64,000 bases of DNA from a virus (Duplodnaviria > Caudoviricetes). The notes below the pieces were generated by a model. The model saw only the letters and a program-made list of their open reading frames with translations. It was not told the origin of the DNA and made no database searches. Position 1 is the stretch's first letter. Each line of letters starts with the position of its first letter. Below are positions 55,774-64,000 of the stretch, piece after piece. The position numbers and the translations under genes were made by a program. The stretch spans positions 20,315 through 84,314 of IMG/VR virus record IMGVR_UViG_3300033074_001499, one strand, 5' to 3'.

Positions 55774-55877
55774 TATATAGTGAATAAAAATATTTCTCCT
55801 AAATCACATGTCTTCTCCTTCATGTGATCCTCCAATAACCCTTGGTTATTTCTCCTAGCCAGGGGTTATTTCTTTTT
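55774..55877 (+). ncRNA. Candidate anti-Shine-Dalgarno sRNA
   Basis: Two hairpins with UCUCCU loops, last followed by a U-rich tail; own promoter. Confidence 0.7.
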
Positions 55878-55895
55878 CTAAGAAGGATTGTCAAT

Positions 55896-56276
55896 ATGGC
55901 ATTCGATCATAGTAGTCATGCTAAGAAGATTGGCATGAAAAAAGGTGAAACCAGAAATCCAAATGGTTCTCCTACAAAAGTGCGTATCACTAAAAGTCCT
56001 CTTCGTAAAACTGCTGAATCACTCCGTGAAGTGGAAGAGGATGCTCTTAAAGCTATCAAGCTTGCTGTGAAAGGTCAAGAGGTTGATAAGACACAGCTTG
56101 AAACAGCTAAGTGGTTGATTGGCATGATTCAAACAATAGATAAATCTGCTTCTCAAGAAGAAGTAGCAGCAGCTAAGATTCGACTAGAAGCTAAAAAAGC
56201 ACAAGAGAATGGTGCTGGTGTTGAAGACGTACACCAAGCGGATATAGTTGAATTTACTTTAGATATTGTCCAATAA
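55896..56276 (+). CDS. Putative terminase small subunit
   Basis: GMKKGETRNPNG motif typical of TerS; upstream of terL; start 55896. Confidence 0.65.
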   Translation: MAFDHSSHAKKIGMKKGETRNPNGSPTKVRITKSPLRKTAESLREVEEDALKAIKLAVKGQEVDKTQLETAKWLIGMIQTIDKSASQEEVAAAKIRLEAKKAQENGAGVEDVHQADIVEFTLDIVQ

Positions 56277-56436
56277 TTCAGGGCGACCTGATATCTTCGA
56301 CTATTGCCTAGTCCCGAAGAAACTAATACATAAAACCAACTTATGTATTTTTATTGTGGAGAGGGAAGACATTTTGGTCTTTCAGTGTCAGAAGACAGGA
56401 AGCGTGGTCTCTGACAATTATTCTTATTTTCTATAT

Positions 56437-56511
56437 GCTCGGTTAGCTGGAAGGTCTAGCAATCCTCTTGTAAGGGAAAGATGGTATAGGGTTCGATTCC
56501 CCCACTGAGCA
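56437..56511 (+). tRNA. tRNA-Thr(UGU), possibly degenerate, no encoded CCA
   Basis: GCTCGGT/ACTGAGC; TCCT-CTTGTAA-GGGA; T-loop TTCGATT but only 3 clean T-stem pairs. Confidence 0.65.
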
Positions 56512-56560
56512 AAGAATAACAGGCTGCGCAACAGCCTTTAAAAAACAAGTGACAGTAAGA

Positions 56561-56635
56561 CTTTTATAGCAAATTACTCTTTGTAGGGTTTGTTGCATGT
56601 CCCTGTTGCGACATTGAGTAATTTGACTATAGGAG
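56561..56635 (+). promoter_or_regulatory. RBS-sequestering hairpin upstream of HNH gene
   Basis: 19-bp stem 56561-56579/56616-56635 includes AGGAG. Confidence 0.75.
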
Positions 56636-56646
56636 TTTTAAATTTT

Positions 56647-57198
56647 ATGCAAAAAGAAATCTGGAAAGATGTTGTTGGTTACGAAGAATACTTCATGGTG
56701 AGTAGCACAGGTAGGGTTTGGTCTAAGAGAACTGAAAAATTGTTAGCTCCTACACAGTTAAAAAGTGGCTATCTTGTTATAAATTCTAAGATAGGTGGTA
56801 GAAATGGCAAAGCTGTTTCTCTAAGAATTCATAGATTGGTTGCAGAGGCTTTTTTATCTGAGCCAGAAAAATCAATAAGTCAAGCTTGTTCAGAAACCCT
56901 CTACGGTAAAGTTCCTGTTAACCACAAAGACGGGGACAAAAAGAATAATTGTGTAGAAAATTTAGAATGGTGCACTTATTCTTATAATACTCGCCATGCT
57001 ATACAAAACGGCTTTCTTGTACACAAGAAGGGTTTTGAAAACAGTTTATCCAAACTGACAGAAGAACAGGTTTTGGAAATAAAAAGTTGTTATGTAGCCA
57101 ATCATAAAATTTTTGGCACCAGAGCTTTAGCAAAGAAATACAATGTGCATCACACGACAATAAGTAGAATTGTCAGAAACAATGCTCCGCGTTCATAG
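56647..57198 (+). CDS. NUMOD4-HNH homing endonuclease
   Basis: EIWKDVVGYE..FMVSSTGRV (NUMOD4); HRLVAEAF...VNHKDGDKKNN..NLEW; start 56647. Confidence 0.9.
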   Translation: MQKEIWKDVVGYEEYFMVSSTGRVWSKRTEKLLAPTQLKSGYLVINSKIGGRNGKAVSLRIHRLVAEAFLSEPEKSISQACSETLYGKVPVNHKDGDKKNNCVENLEWCTYSYNTRHAIQNGFLVHKKGFENSLSKLTEEQVLEIKSCYVANHKIFGTRALAKKYNVHHTTISRIVRNNAPRS

Positions 57199-57263
57199 TT
57201 TAATTGGCAAAACCCTAGACTTCCAATCTAGTGTTCCCAGATCGTGGCTGGGTGGACGCTCCA
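57189..57263 (+). tRNA. tRNA-Gly(UCC), atypical T-loop
   Basis: GCGTTCA/TGGACGC-T-CCA; CTAGA-CTTCCAA-TCTAG; CCCAG-ATCGTGG-CTGGG. Confidence 0.88.
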
Positions 57264-57300
57264 ATCACCCCCTATATGAAAATTATAAAAGGAAGGGGTT

Positions 57301-58137
57301 ATGCAGCAAATAATAACAATTCCAAGTTCTACAGCTTACAGTGATCTTTATGTTCTAGCTGGTATTGCAAACACTAGAAGTTTAATGATTACCAATAATA
57401 CTTCTGATCCTATTTTTGTAAATCAATCAACTTCAAGTCCTCCTGACGAATCTCAAGCATTTGTTATATACGAAAACCAAACAGTGTTGATTCAAGCAAC
57501 TGGAAAGGCTTTGTGGGTTAGGGGTAATACCGGTCCAGTAATTGTTCAAACTTTCACAGACACTATTATTCCTGTTTCTGGAATCGATCCTAGAGTTTAT
57601 TCAGGTGATCAAGCTTTCACTGTTCAAAGCTTCACAGAAGCCAACTGCAAAAATGGAACTCAATACGAACTCACTACATATGATGCAGCTTTTGCGGCTG
57701 GTGTAAATAGGGATTTCATTGTAATAACTGGGAATAAACCTATCCTCATTAAGAATAGATTTTTTCAGTTTACTGGTTCACAAATAACAACCAATATTTA
57801 TAAAAATCCAACTTATACAGGTGGAACACCAGTTACATATTTCAATCTTTCAGATAGAAACCCTGTTGCCGGTACTGTGCAAATTTTATCCACTCCTACA
57901 GTGACTAATACGGGAACTCAAATTTCTCCAACAACAGTTATATTAGGAAACATCCCTCAAACAGGTCAGGCAATTGTAGCATCTAATGCTGAAAATTCTG
58001 TGTCAGGTTTAGAGAGAGTTTTAAACTCAAATAGCGTTTATCTTTTTAGAGTTACAAATTCCTCTGCAAACTCAATGTTCTATTCTACAAGAACCACATG
58101 GTATGAGGGTGGGTTGAGTGTGAATCAACAGATTTAA
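57301..58137 (+). CDS. Hypothetical beta-rich protein, possibly virion-associated
   Basis: T/N/S/I-rich, 278 aa, before terminase. Confidence 0.75.
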   Translation: MQQIITIPSSTAYSDLYVLAGIANTRSLMITNNTSDPIFVNQSTSSPPDESQAFVIYENQTVLIQATGKALWVRGNTGPVIVQTFTDTIIPVSGIDPRVYSGDQAFTVQSFTEANCKNGTQYELTTYDAAFAAGVNRDFIVITGNKPILIKNRFFQFTGSQITTNIYKNPTYTGGTPVTYFNLSDRNPVAGTVQILSTPTVTNTGTQISPTTVILGNIPQTGQAIVASNAENSVSGLERVLNSNSVYLFRVTNSSANSMFYSTRTTWYEGGLSVNQQI

Positions 58138-58277
58138 TATTAAAACACTCAAGTAGTTTTATAGATGATCTTCTTTTTGAGGATCATCACTTAAAATTAT
58201 TTAATAATATATTGACTTACAATCAGTTAATTATGATACAATTCATTTATAAATAAAAATTCTAATGGAACTAACTA

Positions 58278-59762
58278 ATGCAAAAGAAAAAAAAGTTAGG
58301 TCCTGCCAGTAAAAAACAAGAGATGTTTTTGAAAAGCAATGCTAACATCATTGTCTATGGTGGGGCAATGGGTGGTGGTAAATCTTTTTGTGGACTACTT
58401 CGCCATTTAAGATGGGTGAATGATCCTAATTATCGTGGATATATTGTTCGTAAAAACCAAACCACGATTATGAAAAGTGGTGGTCTTTTTGATGAAGCTA
58501 CTACCCTTTATAGAACTTTTGATCCAAGAGTAAAAGTAAATAAAAAAGCAATGACTTTTACTTTCCCAAGTGGTGCAATTATTGCTGCTGGTCACTTGGA
58601 AACAGATAATGATGCTGAAAAATGGCGTGGTCTTCAAGTATCTGCTGCGATGCTCGACGAAGCCACTCAAATCTCAGAAGACCATACTCTGGTTATTCTT
58701 TCCCGTTTGCGTTCTAAAGCAAACATGATTCCAAACCTTTTCCTTACATGTAACCCATCTCCAGATTCATTTCTGAGGCGCTGGATTGATTGGTGGATTA
58801 TCCCTAAAGGTGAGGAAAATGCCGGACGTCCTAATCCAGAAAGAGATGGTAAAATTCGATGGTTCATTCGTCTAAACAATGAAATGATTTGGGCAGATAC
58901 CAAAGAAGAATTGATGGAGATTTATGGAAGTAGAGACCAAGACGGAGTTCTTTATCCAGACGATAGCGAAGATCAACATTGTCGTCCACTGTCTTTACAA
59001 TTCATCAGCGCCACAATCTATGATAACCCCCCACTGATTAAATCTAATCCAGGCTATCTTGCAAACCTTCAAGGTTTGAAGCGTGTTAAAAAAGAACGTG
59101 ATTTGTATGGTAACTGGGATATTAGGGAAGACGCTGCTGGTTTCTGGAAATCAGAATGGCTAGGTGAACCAGTAAATGAACATGAACTAGAAATTGTTCA
59201 GTATTGTAGAGCTTGGGATATTGCAGGTTCGTTACCTTGTGAAGCTCTTCCTAATCCTGACTGGACTGCCGGAGTTCTTATTGGTAAAACCAAACAAGGA
59301 ATTTATGTAGTTTTGGATGTTATTAGATTCCGAGCAAGATTTGGTGAAGTTATTCAAAGAATTGTACAAACTGGTTTAGGAGACCCTGACGGAACAACAA
59401 TCATTCTTCCACAAGAGCCAGGACAAGCTGGTAAAGCTGCTGGTCAGATGATGATCAGAGAGTTAGTTAGTGAAGGTTTGTACGCTCGTATGCGTCCTTC
59501 TAATAAATCTAAAATTGTCCGTTTTCAACCATTCGTTGCAGCCTCTGAAGCTGGCTTAGTTCGATATGTTCGTGGTGAATGGAATGACATGTATTTTTCA
59601 GAACTAGAAAGTTTCGATGGTAGTCGTTCTGTTAAGGATGACATGGTGGATGCAACAAGCGATGCTTTTATCACTCTTGCTCAGAAAATTCAACTTCCCA
59701 ATTTCTTGAGTGGATTGCAATCTGCATCCGCATCCCTTGTTTCACATAATCCTTTCAATTAA
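58278..59762 (+). CDS. terL: Terminase large subunit
   Basis: GGAMGGGKS Walker A, MLDEAT Walker B, TCNP, AWDIAGS and KDDMVDA nuclease motifs. Confidence 0.96.
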   Translation: MQKKKKLGPASKKQEMFLKSNANIIVYGGAMGGGKSFCGLLRHLRWVNDPNYRGYIVRKNQTTIMKSGGLFDEATTLYRTFDPRVKVNKKAMTFTFPSGAIIAAGHLETDNDAEKWRGLQVSAAMLDEATQISEDHTLVILSRLRSKANMIPNLFLTCNPSPDSFLRRWIDWWIIPKGEENAGRPNPERDGKIRWFIRLNNEMIWADTKEELMEIYGSRDQDGVLYPDDSEDQHCRPLSLQFISATIYDNPPLIKSNPGYLANLQGLKRVKKERDLYGNWDIREDAAGFWKSEWLGEPVNEHELEIVQYCRAWDIAGSLPCEALPNPDWTAGVLIGKTKQGIYVVLDVIRFRARFGEVIQRIVQTGLGDPDGTTIILPQEPGQAGKAAGQMMIRELVSEGLYARMRPSNKSKIVRFQPFVAASEAGLVRYVRGEWNDMYFSELESFDGSRSVKDDMVDATSDAFITLAQKIQLPNFLSGLQSASASLVSHNPFN

Positions 59763-59782
59763 TTTTATAAAAAGGAACAAAA

Positions 59783-61261
59783 ATGGCAGAAGAACAGATT
59801 GTTCCTCTTACTCAAGGGGAAGATTCGCCTATTCCCTCTATTCGTTTAAGCCAAGTTTCATTCAACGGTCTTAATGTTTTTGCTGGAAATGTTTACGAAG
59901 ATTGTAATCATGAGCTTCGCTGGCCTAATGCGATTTTTACTTATAAAAAAATGGCTAAAGATGCAACTATTGCTCCAGCATTATCCCTTGTCGAAATGGC
60001 AATTGCAAGAGTTCCGTGGAGTGTGAAAATTCCAGAAGGTTACGAAGACAAGTTAAAAGATAAAGCTGAATTTCTACGTCAAGTAATGAATGATATGGAA
60101 CACAGTTGGGGACACTTTATTCGTCAATGTGTTACTTTCAACCGTTATGGTTTTTCTGTGCACGAGAAAGTATACAGAAAACGATATAAGGAAAAAGGAA
60201 GTAAATACAATGACGGTTTGATTGGTTTGCATTCTCTCCCGCTTATTACACAAGACTCGATTGAATCTTGGGATTGGGATAGTTCGGGAAGAAAACTAAT
60301 CGGTCTTTATCAATATAAAAATAAACCTACAGGTAAAAATAAAGCACAATATATTCTTGTAGATGAAGATCAATGGATTCCTCGTAAAAAGTTCTTACAT
60401 TTCCGTAACAATGCTTTGAAAGATGACCCTGTGGGGATTAGCCCTTTGGCTAGTTGCTATGTTGCTTGGAAGTACAAAACAGAGCTTGAGAAGTTTGAAG
60501 GCACCGCCGTCGCCAATGATGCCAGAGGCCTTAAACATCTAAAATTAAATCCGAGATATATGGACCCTAACGCATCCCCTGAAGATAAAGCTGTTTATGC
60601 TTATTATCAGAATATGATGCGTAATCTTCATATGGGAGAACAAAGCGGTATTATCACTCCTTCCTTAAAGGATGATAATGGTGCTGAAATGATTGCTGAA
60701 TTTGAACTTCTTGGTGTCAGTGGCAGTAAAGCTTATGATGTTAGTAAAATTATTTCTCGTTATCAGAAAGAAATTATTACTTCACTGATGGCTTCTCAAT
60801 TGATTCTTGGACAAGACGGTGGTGGTAGTTTTTCACTTGCCGAATCTCTCCAAGGTATTTCTGATATGGCTATTGAAGCCAAGCTAATCGAAATTCAAGA
60901 ACAGCTAAATCACGATCTAATCCCACAGTTGTTTGCTTTGAATGGGTTTGATACAAAGGTTACGCCATTCTTTGAATACGGAAAAGTGAAAGATACCGAT
61001 CTAGATGTTCTGTCTAAATTTGTACAACGTGTGGCTAGCGTTGGTCTAATGCCTAAGACACCTGATGTTGTGAACTTCCTTACCGAAGAGATGGGTGTTA
61101 ATTCACAGTTCACACCCGATGAAAAGCCAGAGGTCATGCAGACTTTATTGACCGGTAATGACTCAAGAGCTGGCGATGGTATGGCAACTGCTGGGGAAGG
61201 TACATCAAAATCTCCAATGGGGTCAGATGATGCTTCAATCGGCAACACAGAGAATGTCTGA
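59783..61261 (+). CDS. Portal protein (DUF935-like)
   Basis: Size and position after terL; YGFSVHEKVY, GSFSLAE, LNHDLIPQLFALNG. Confidence 0.9.
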   Translation: MAEEQIVPLTQGEDSPIPSIRLSQVSFNGLNVFAGNVYEDCNHELRWPNAIFTYKKMAKDATIAPALSLVEMAIARVPWSVKIPEGYEDKLKDKAEFLRQVMNDMEHSWGHFIRQCVTFNRYGFSVHEKVYRKRYKEKGSKYNDGLIGLHSLPLITQDSIESWDWDSSGRKLIGLYQYKNKPTGKNKAQYILVDEDQWIPRKKFLHFRNNALKDDPVGISPLASCYVAWKYKTELEKFEGTAVANDARGLKHLKLNPRYMDPNASPEDKAVYAYYQNMMRNLHMGEQSGIITPSLKDDNGAEMIAEFELLGVSGSKAYDVSKIISRYQKEIITSLMASQLILGQDGGGSFSLAESLQGISDMAIEAKLIEIQEQLNHDLIPQLFALNGFDTKVTPFFEYGKVKDTDLDVLSKFVQRVASVGLMPKTPDVVNFLTEEMGVNSQFTPDEKPEVMQTLLTGNDSRAGDGMATAGEGTSKSPMGSDDASIGNTENV

Positions 61262-62058
61262 TGGCTATCGTTTATTGGATCAGAAAACCAGAACACTCAG
61301 ATATGTTTACAGAGGGCTATATTGGTGTTTCATCAAGAAGTTTAGATGAGCGTGTAGCAGAGCATATTAAAGTATCTGGAGAAAACCACGACAAAGTTTA
61401 CGCTGTACATAAAGCAATTCGTTCAATTGGAATTGAAAACTTAGTTTATTCTGTAGTCATAATTGCCGATGAAGATTATTGCTACGATGTAGAGCGTAAA
61501 CTTAGACCGACAAGAAATATTGGATGGAATATCTCAGAAGGTGGAAGCAAACCCCCATCTAAACAAGGATTCAAACATTCGGAAGAGTCTAAGGAGAAGA
61601 TTTCAAAAATCTGGAAAGGTAAGAAGCGTTCTCCTGAGAGTATTGCTAAATCCGCGGAGTCCCGTAAAGGTTTCAAGCACACTGAAGAATCTTTAGATAA
61701 AATGAGAGCTGCCAGCACAGGCAGAAAATATTCTACAGAATCTATAGAGAAGAGAGTTTCTAAAATACGTGGCAGGGAATACTCCGAGGAACATCGCAAT
61801 AAAATATCTAAATCTAGACTCTCTAAAAATCCTTGGGATATAAAACCAGCCAATATAGAAACTTGGAAGATTGCCGATATTTATTATGAGTATTGGCTAG
61901 AAGAAAAATCACCTTATAAAATTGCAAGAATGCTTGGGCTAAAACATAAAACATTAGCTGCAATGTGGAGGTGGTTTGACAGAGGTTATATTCCCCTAGA
62001 GAACACTATATGGCTTGAAACTTTCAAAGGAGAGCACAATGCCTTGGTCAAAAGATAA
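61261..62058 (+). CDS. GIY-YIG homing endonuclease with NUMOD3 repeats
   Basis: IVYWI...GYIGVS...R..H...E...GWN; about five 17-aa G.KHSEESK.K repeats. Confidence 0.88.
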   Translation: MAIVYWIRKPEHSDMFTEGYIGVSSRSLDERVAEHIKVSGENHDKVYAVHKAIRSIGIENLVYSVVIIADEDYCYDVERKLRPTRNIGWNISEGGSKPPSKQGFKHSEESKEKISKIWKGKKRSPESIAKSAESRKGFKHTEESLDKMRAASTGRKYSTESIEKRVSKIRGREYSEEHRNKISKSRLSKNPWDIKPANIETWKIADIYYEYWLEEKSPYKIARMLGLKHKTLAAMWRWFDRGYIPLENTIWLETFKGEHNALVKR

Positions 62059-63046
62059 CTTACCAGCCGCTGCCAGTAAACTAAAAGGTCACGCTGTTGA
62101 TGTATTTGTAGCGGCTGCTAACGCAGCCCTCAAAGAATATGATGGGGATGAAGGTAGAGCAATCGCCACAGGATTAGCTGCTGCTAAAAATGCAAAAGAT
62201 AGTGTAAAAAAAGCTGAATACACAAGAAACTCAGACGGCACAATTGAATATCGCGGGGAGAAGTTCCCAGGCTTTGGAAAACCTAAGAAAGATTCTGGTG
62301 ATAAACAAGGAGCTGTTCTAGTCAAACGTGGAGATGAAGTCAAGATTGTTAGATTTGGCGACCCCTCTCTTTCAGACAATACAAGTGTAGAAGCGAATAA
62401 TGCTTTTTATGCAAGATTCGGAGGACAAGAAGGAATTAATGACCCTTTTTCTCCTTTGTACTGGTCAGCTAGATGGTTGTGGCCTAGGGGTAAAATGAAA
62501 GGTAAAGGACCAAAGGAATTTTTTAGTGTGAACAAATCTGTGAAAATTGACATGGATGTTGAAGATTTAATTGATGAAGGTCGAAGTGGTTTTCTTCACG
62601 ATCTTGTTTCTCTTTTTGATAAGTGGTTTGGTTCTCCATCTGAAGAAGGTGGGGACAATTACGAAATTGAGATGATGAAGTCTGTTGATAATGAACAACG
62701 CAGAGCGCTTTTCGTAGTTCTTGAACCTAATGTTGTTGATCTACACGGGGATACATATTCAGAGGAAGAAGTTGAAAAAGCTTGTATTTCTTTCAATACA
62801 CATTCCATGAAGGCAAATCTTTTCCATAAAGTTGAAACAGAAAAAGCTAAGATTGAACAGTCTTTTATCACTCCTGCCTCTTTCACATTAGACGATGGAA
62901 GAGAAATTGTCAAAGGTACTTGGCTTCAGTGGTGGTCGTTTCCAGAAAATGATCCAACAAGCGAACAACTTTGGTCTTTGGTTAAGTCTGGTGAAATTAA
63001 TGGTGTCTCCATTGGAGCACGAGCAAAGGTGGAGAATATTGAATGA
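62039..63046 (+). CDS. Prohead protease (XkdF-like) with ChaB-like and extra N-terminal modules
   Basis: VVLEPNVVDLHGD, ANLFH, GTWL, INGVSIG; start 62039 (AAGGAG RBS). Confidence 0.82.
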   Translation: MPWSKDNLPAAASKLKGHAVDVFVAAANAALKEYDGDEGRAIATGLAAAKNAKDSVKKAEYTRNSDGTIEYRGEKFPGFGKPKKDSGDKQGAVLVKRGDEVKIVRFGDPSLSDNTSVEANNAFYARFGGQEGINDPFSPLYWSARWLWPRGKMKGKGPKEFFSVNKSVKIDMDVEDLIDEGRSGFLHDLVSLFDKWFGSPSEEGGDNYEIEMMKSVDNEQRRALFVVLEPNVVDLHGDTYSEEEVEKACISFNTHSMKANLFHKVETEKAKIEQSFITPASFTLDDGREIVKGTWLQWWSFPENDPTSEQLWSLVKSGEINGVSIGARAKVENIE

Positions 63047-63663
63047 CTCAAAAAGCTAAACGACGTCTGACCGATATTAGTTTTGACCATGAAGGCGCGC
63101 ATGTAGCCCTTGTAGGTAAATTTCAGGGTGGTCCTGCCAATGGTATGACAACTCTAATCACTAAAGCAACTGATGATATTTCTGAAGAAGCTTTAGATAA
63201 AGCAATGTCCTCGATTCACGAGGGCGAATCTACTGTAGAAACACCCTCCATAGAAACAGAGGAAATTATGCAAGAAGAAATTCAAAAAGCAGTTGCCGCT
63301 GCTGAAGAAACTCTGAAAGCTCAGTTCAAAGTTGAATTAGAAAACAAAGAGATGGAACTTCAAAAGGCACTCGAATTGGTTTCTCAATTCCAACAAAAAG
63401 AAAAAGACTCTATTGTTAAACAGCGTAAAGAAGCAATTACTTCCGTTGAAACTGACGCTGCAAAAGCTGAAATTCTTTTCAAATCTCTTGAAACTCTAGA
63501 TTCAGAATCTTTTGAAGCTGTAATTAAAGCTCTTCATGAGAAAAATAAGCTTGTAGAAGAAACTGATCTTTTCGTACAAAAAAGCAAACAAATGGAAGTT
63601 GAAGAGCCTGTTGGTGAAAACGCCACTGCTGTACTTCTGAAACAAAAATATGCAAAACAATAA
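63043..63663 (+). CDS. Capsid scaffold protein
   Basis: Acidic/helical, between protease and head proteins. Confidence 0.75.
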   Translation: MTQKAKRRLTDISFDHEGAHVALVGKFQGGPANGMTTLITKATDDISEEALDKAMSSIHEGESTVETPSIETEEIMQEEIQKAVAAAEETLKAQFKVELENKEMELQKALELVSQFQQKEKDSIVKQRKEAITSVETDAAKAEILFKSLETLDSESFEAVIKALHEKNKLVEETDLFVQKSKQMEVEEPVGENATAVLLKQKYAKQ

Positions 63664-63682
63664 TCTCCGGAGATAATTTATT

Positions 63683-64000
63683 ATGGCAATTGTGCAAACT
63701 GACACCGCTCGCATTTCTAATCTAGTAAAACACGAACTGTGGCCTGAAACTGGTTTCTGCCGCAAAGAAGTAGTTGTTAACGAAGCTGCTGCTAAAACTT
63801 ATGCAGTTGGTACTGTACTAGGTAAAGTTACTGCTACTGGTAAATACAAAATCGCTGTAGAAACTGCTGTTGATGGTTCTAAAGTACCAGCAGCTCTTGT
63901 TATTGCAGATCGTAGCATTGCTGCTACCACTGATACCAAAGTTGTTGTTCTTGTTAAAGGTCCCGCTGAAGTTAGCAAGGATGCCCTCGTTCTGGATGCC
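63683..64000 (+). CDS. Head decoration/stabilisation protein (partial)
   Basis: YAVGTVLGKVTATGKY...DGS..PAALVIAD, lambda gpD-like pattern; runs off window. Confidence 0.8.
   Translation, partial: MAIVQTDTARISNLVKHELWPETGFCRKEVVVNEAAAKTYAVGTVLGKVTATGKYKIAVETAVDGSKVPAALVIADRSIAATTDTKVVVLVKGPAEVSKDALVLDA

Noticed and set aside
55790-55895. RsmA/CsrA sponge on the minus strand (GGA in loops)
   Set aside because: The only leftward TTGACA (55889-94) has no credible -10, while the + strand has both promoter and U-tail; kept only as an alternative.
58155-58190. GATGATC/GATCATC hairpin before terL as terminator
   Set aside because: No U-tract after the stem; function unclear.
58248-58255. T4-type late promoter TATAAATA before terL (also 55464)
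   Set aside because: Not found consistently before late genes, likely by chance in AT-rich DNA, and no gp55-like sigma seen in the window.
978-62913. Many antisense or overlapping ORFs in the track (e.g. 978, 2508, 16689, 50576, 51000, 60910, 61482)
   Set aside because: Shadows of well-supported genes on the opposite strand; no RBS or motifs.
1-64000. CRISPR array, integrase, transposase, stop-codon recoding
   Set aside because: No regularly spaced repeats or recombinase motifs; conserved genes read through intact in code 11.

Overview
64 kb segment of an AT-rich, apparently strictly lytic tailed phage; no integrase or repressor is seen. Gene content and order resemble large Pseudomonas/enterobacterial myoviruses of the rV5/PAK_P1/Otagovirus type. 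A Pseudomonas-like host is only inferred, from GC-rich imported gene segments. Layout: (1) 1-22.9 kb, minus strand: nucleotide metabolism (nrdAB, thyX, thioredoxin, dNTP pyrophosphatase, 5'-nucleotidase) and replication (5'-3' exonuclease, SSB, family A DNA polymerase, primase-helicase), plus a nucleotidyltransferase. (2) 22.9-37.3 kb, plus strand: small early/accessory genes with many near-consensus sigma70 promoters. (3) 37.3-38.3 kb: a palindrome-rich non-coding convergence zone, a candidate genome end or origin. (4) 38.3-54.5 kb, minus strand: accessory genes, dCMP deaminase, ClpP-like protease, PhoH. (5) 54.9-64 kb, plus strand: terminase, portal, prohead protease, scaffold, head decoration. 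About seven free-standing HNH/GIY-YIG nuclease genes or remnants are present. The most unusual layer is RNA-level: a ~100-nt promoter-and-terminator-flanked RNA showing anti-Shine-Dalgarno motifs in hairpin loops that match the phage's own early/middle RBSs; two 300-380 nt highly structured intergenic elements at the divergent operon starts, one with two pseudoknots; two architecturally abnormal tRNA-like RNAs; two tRNAs with an inverted 54-58 T-loop pair; and terminators whose loop is the -35 box of the next promoter. All structures were found by eye, not by folding or database searches.
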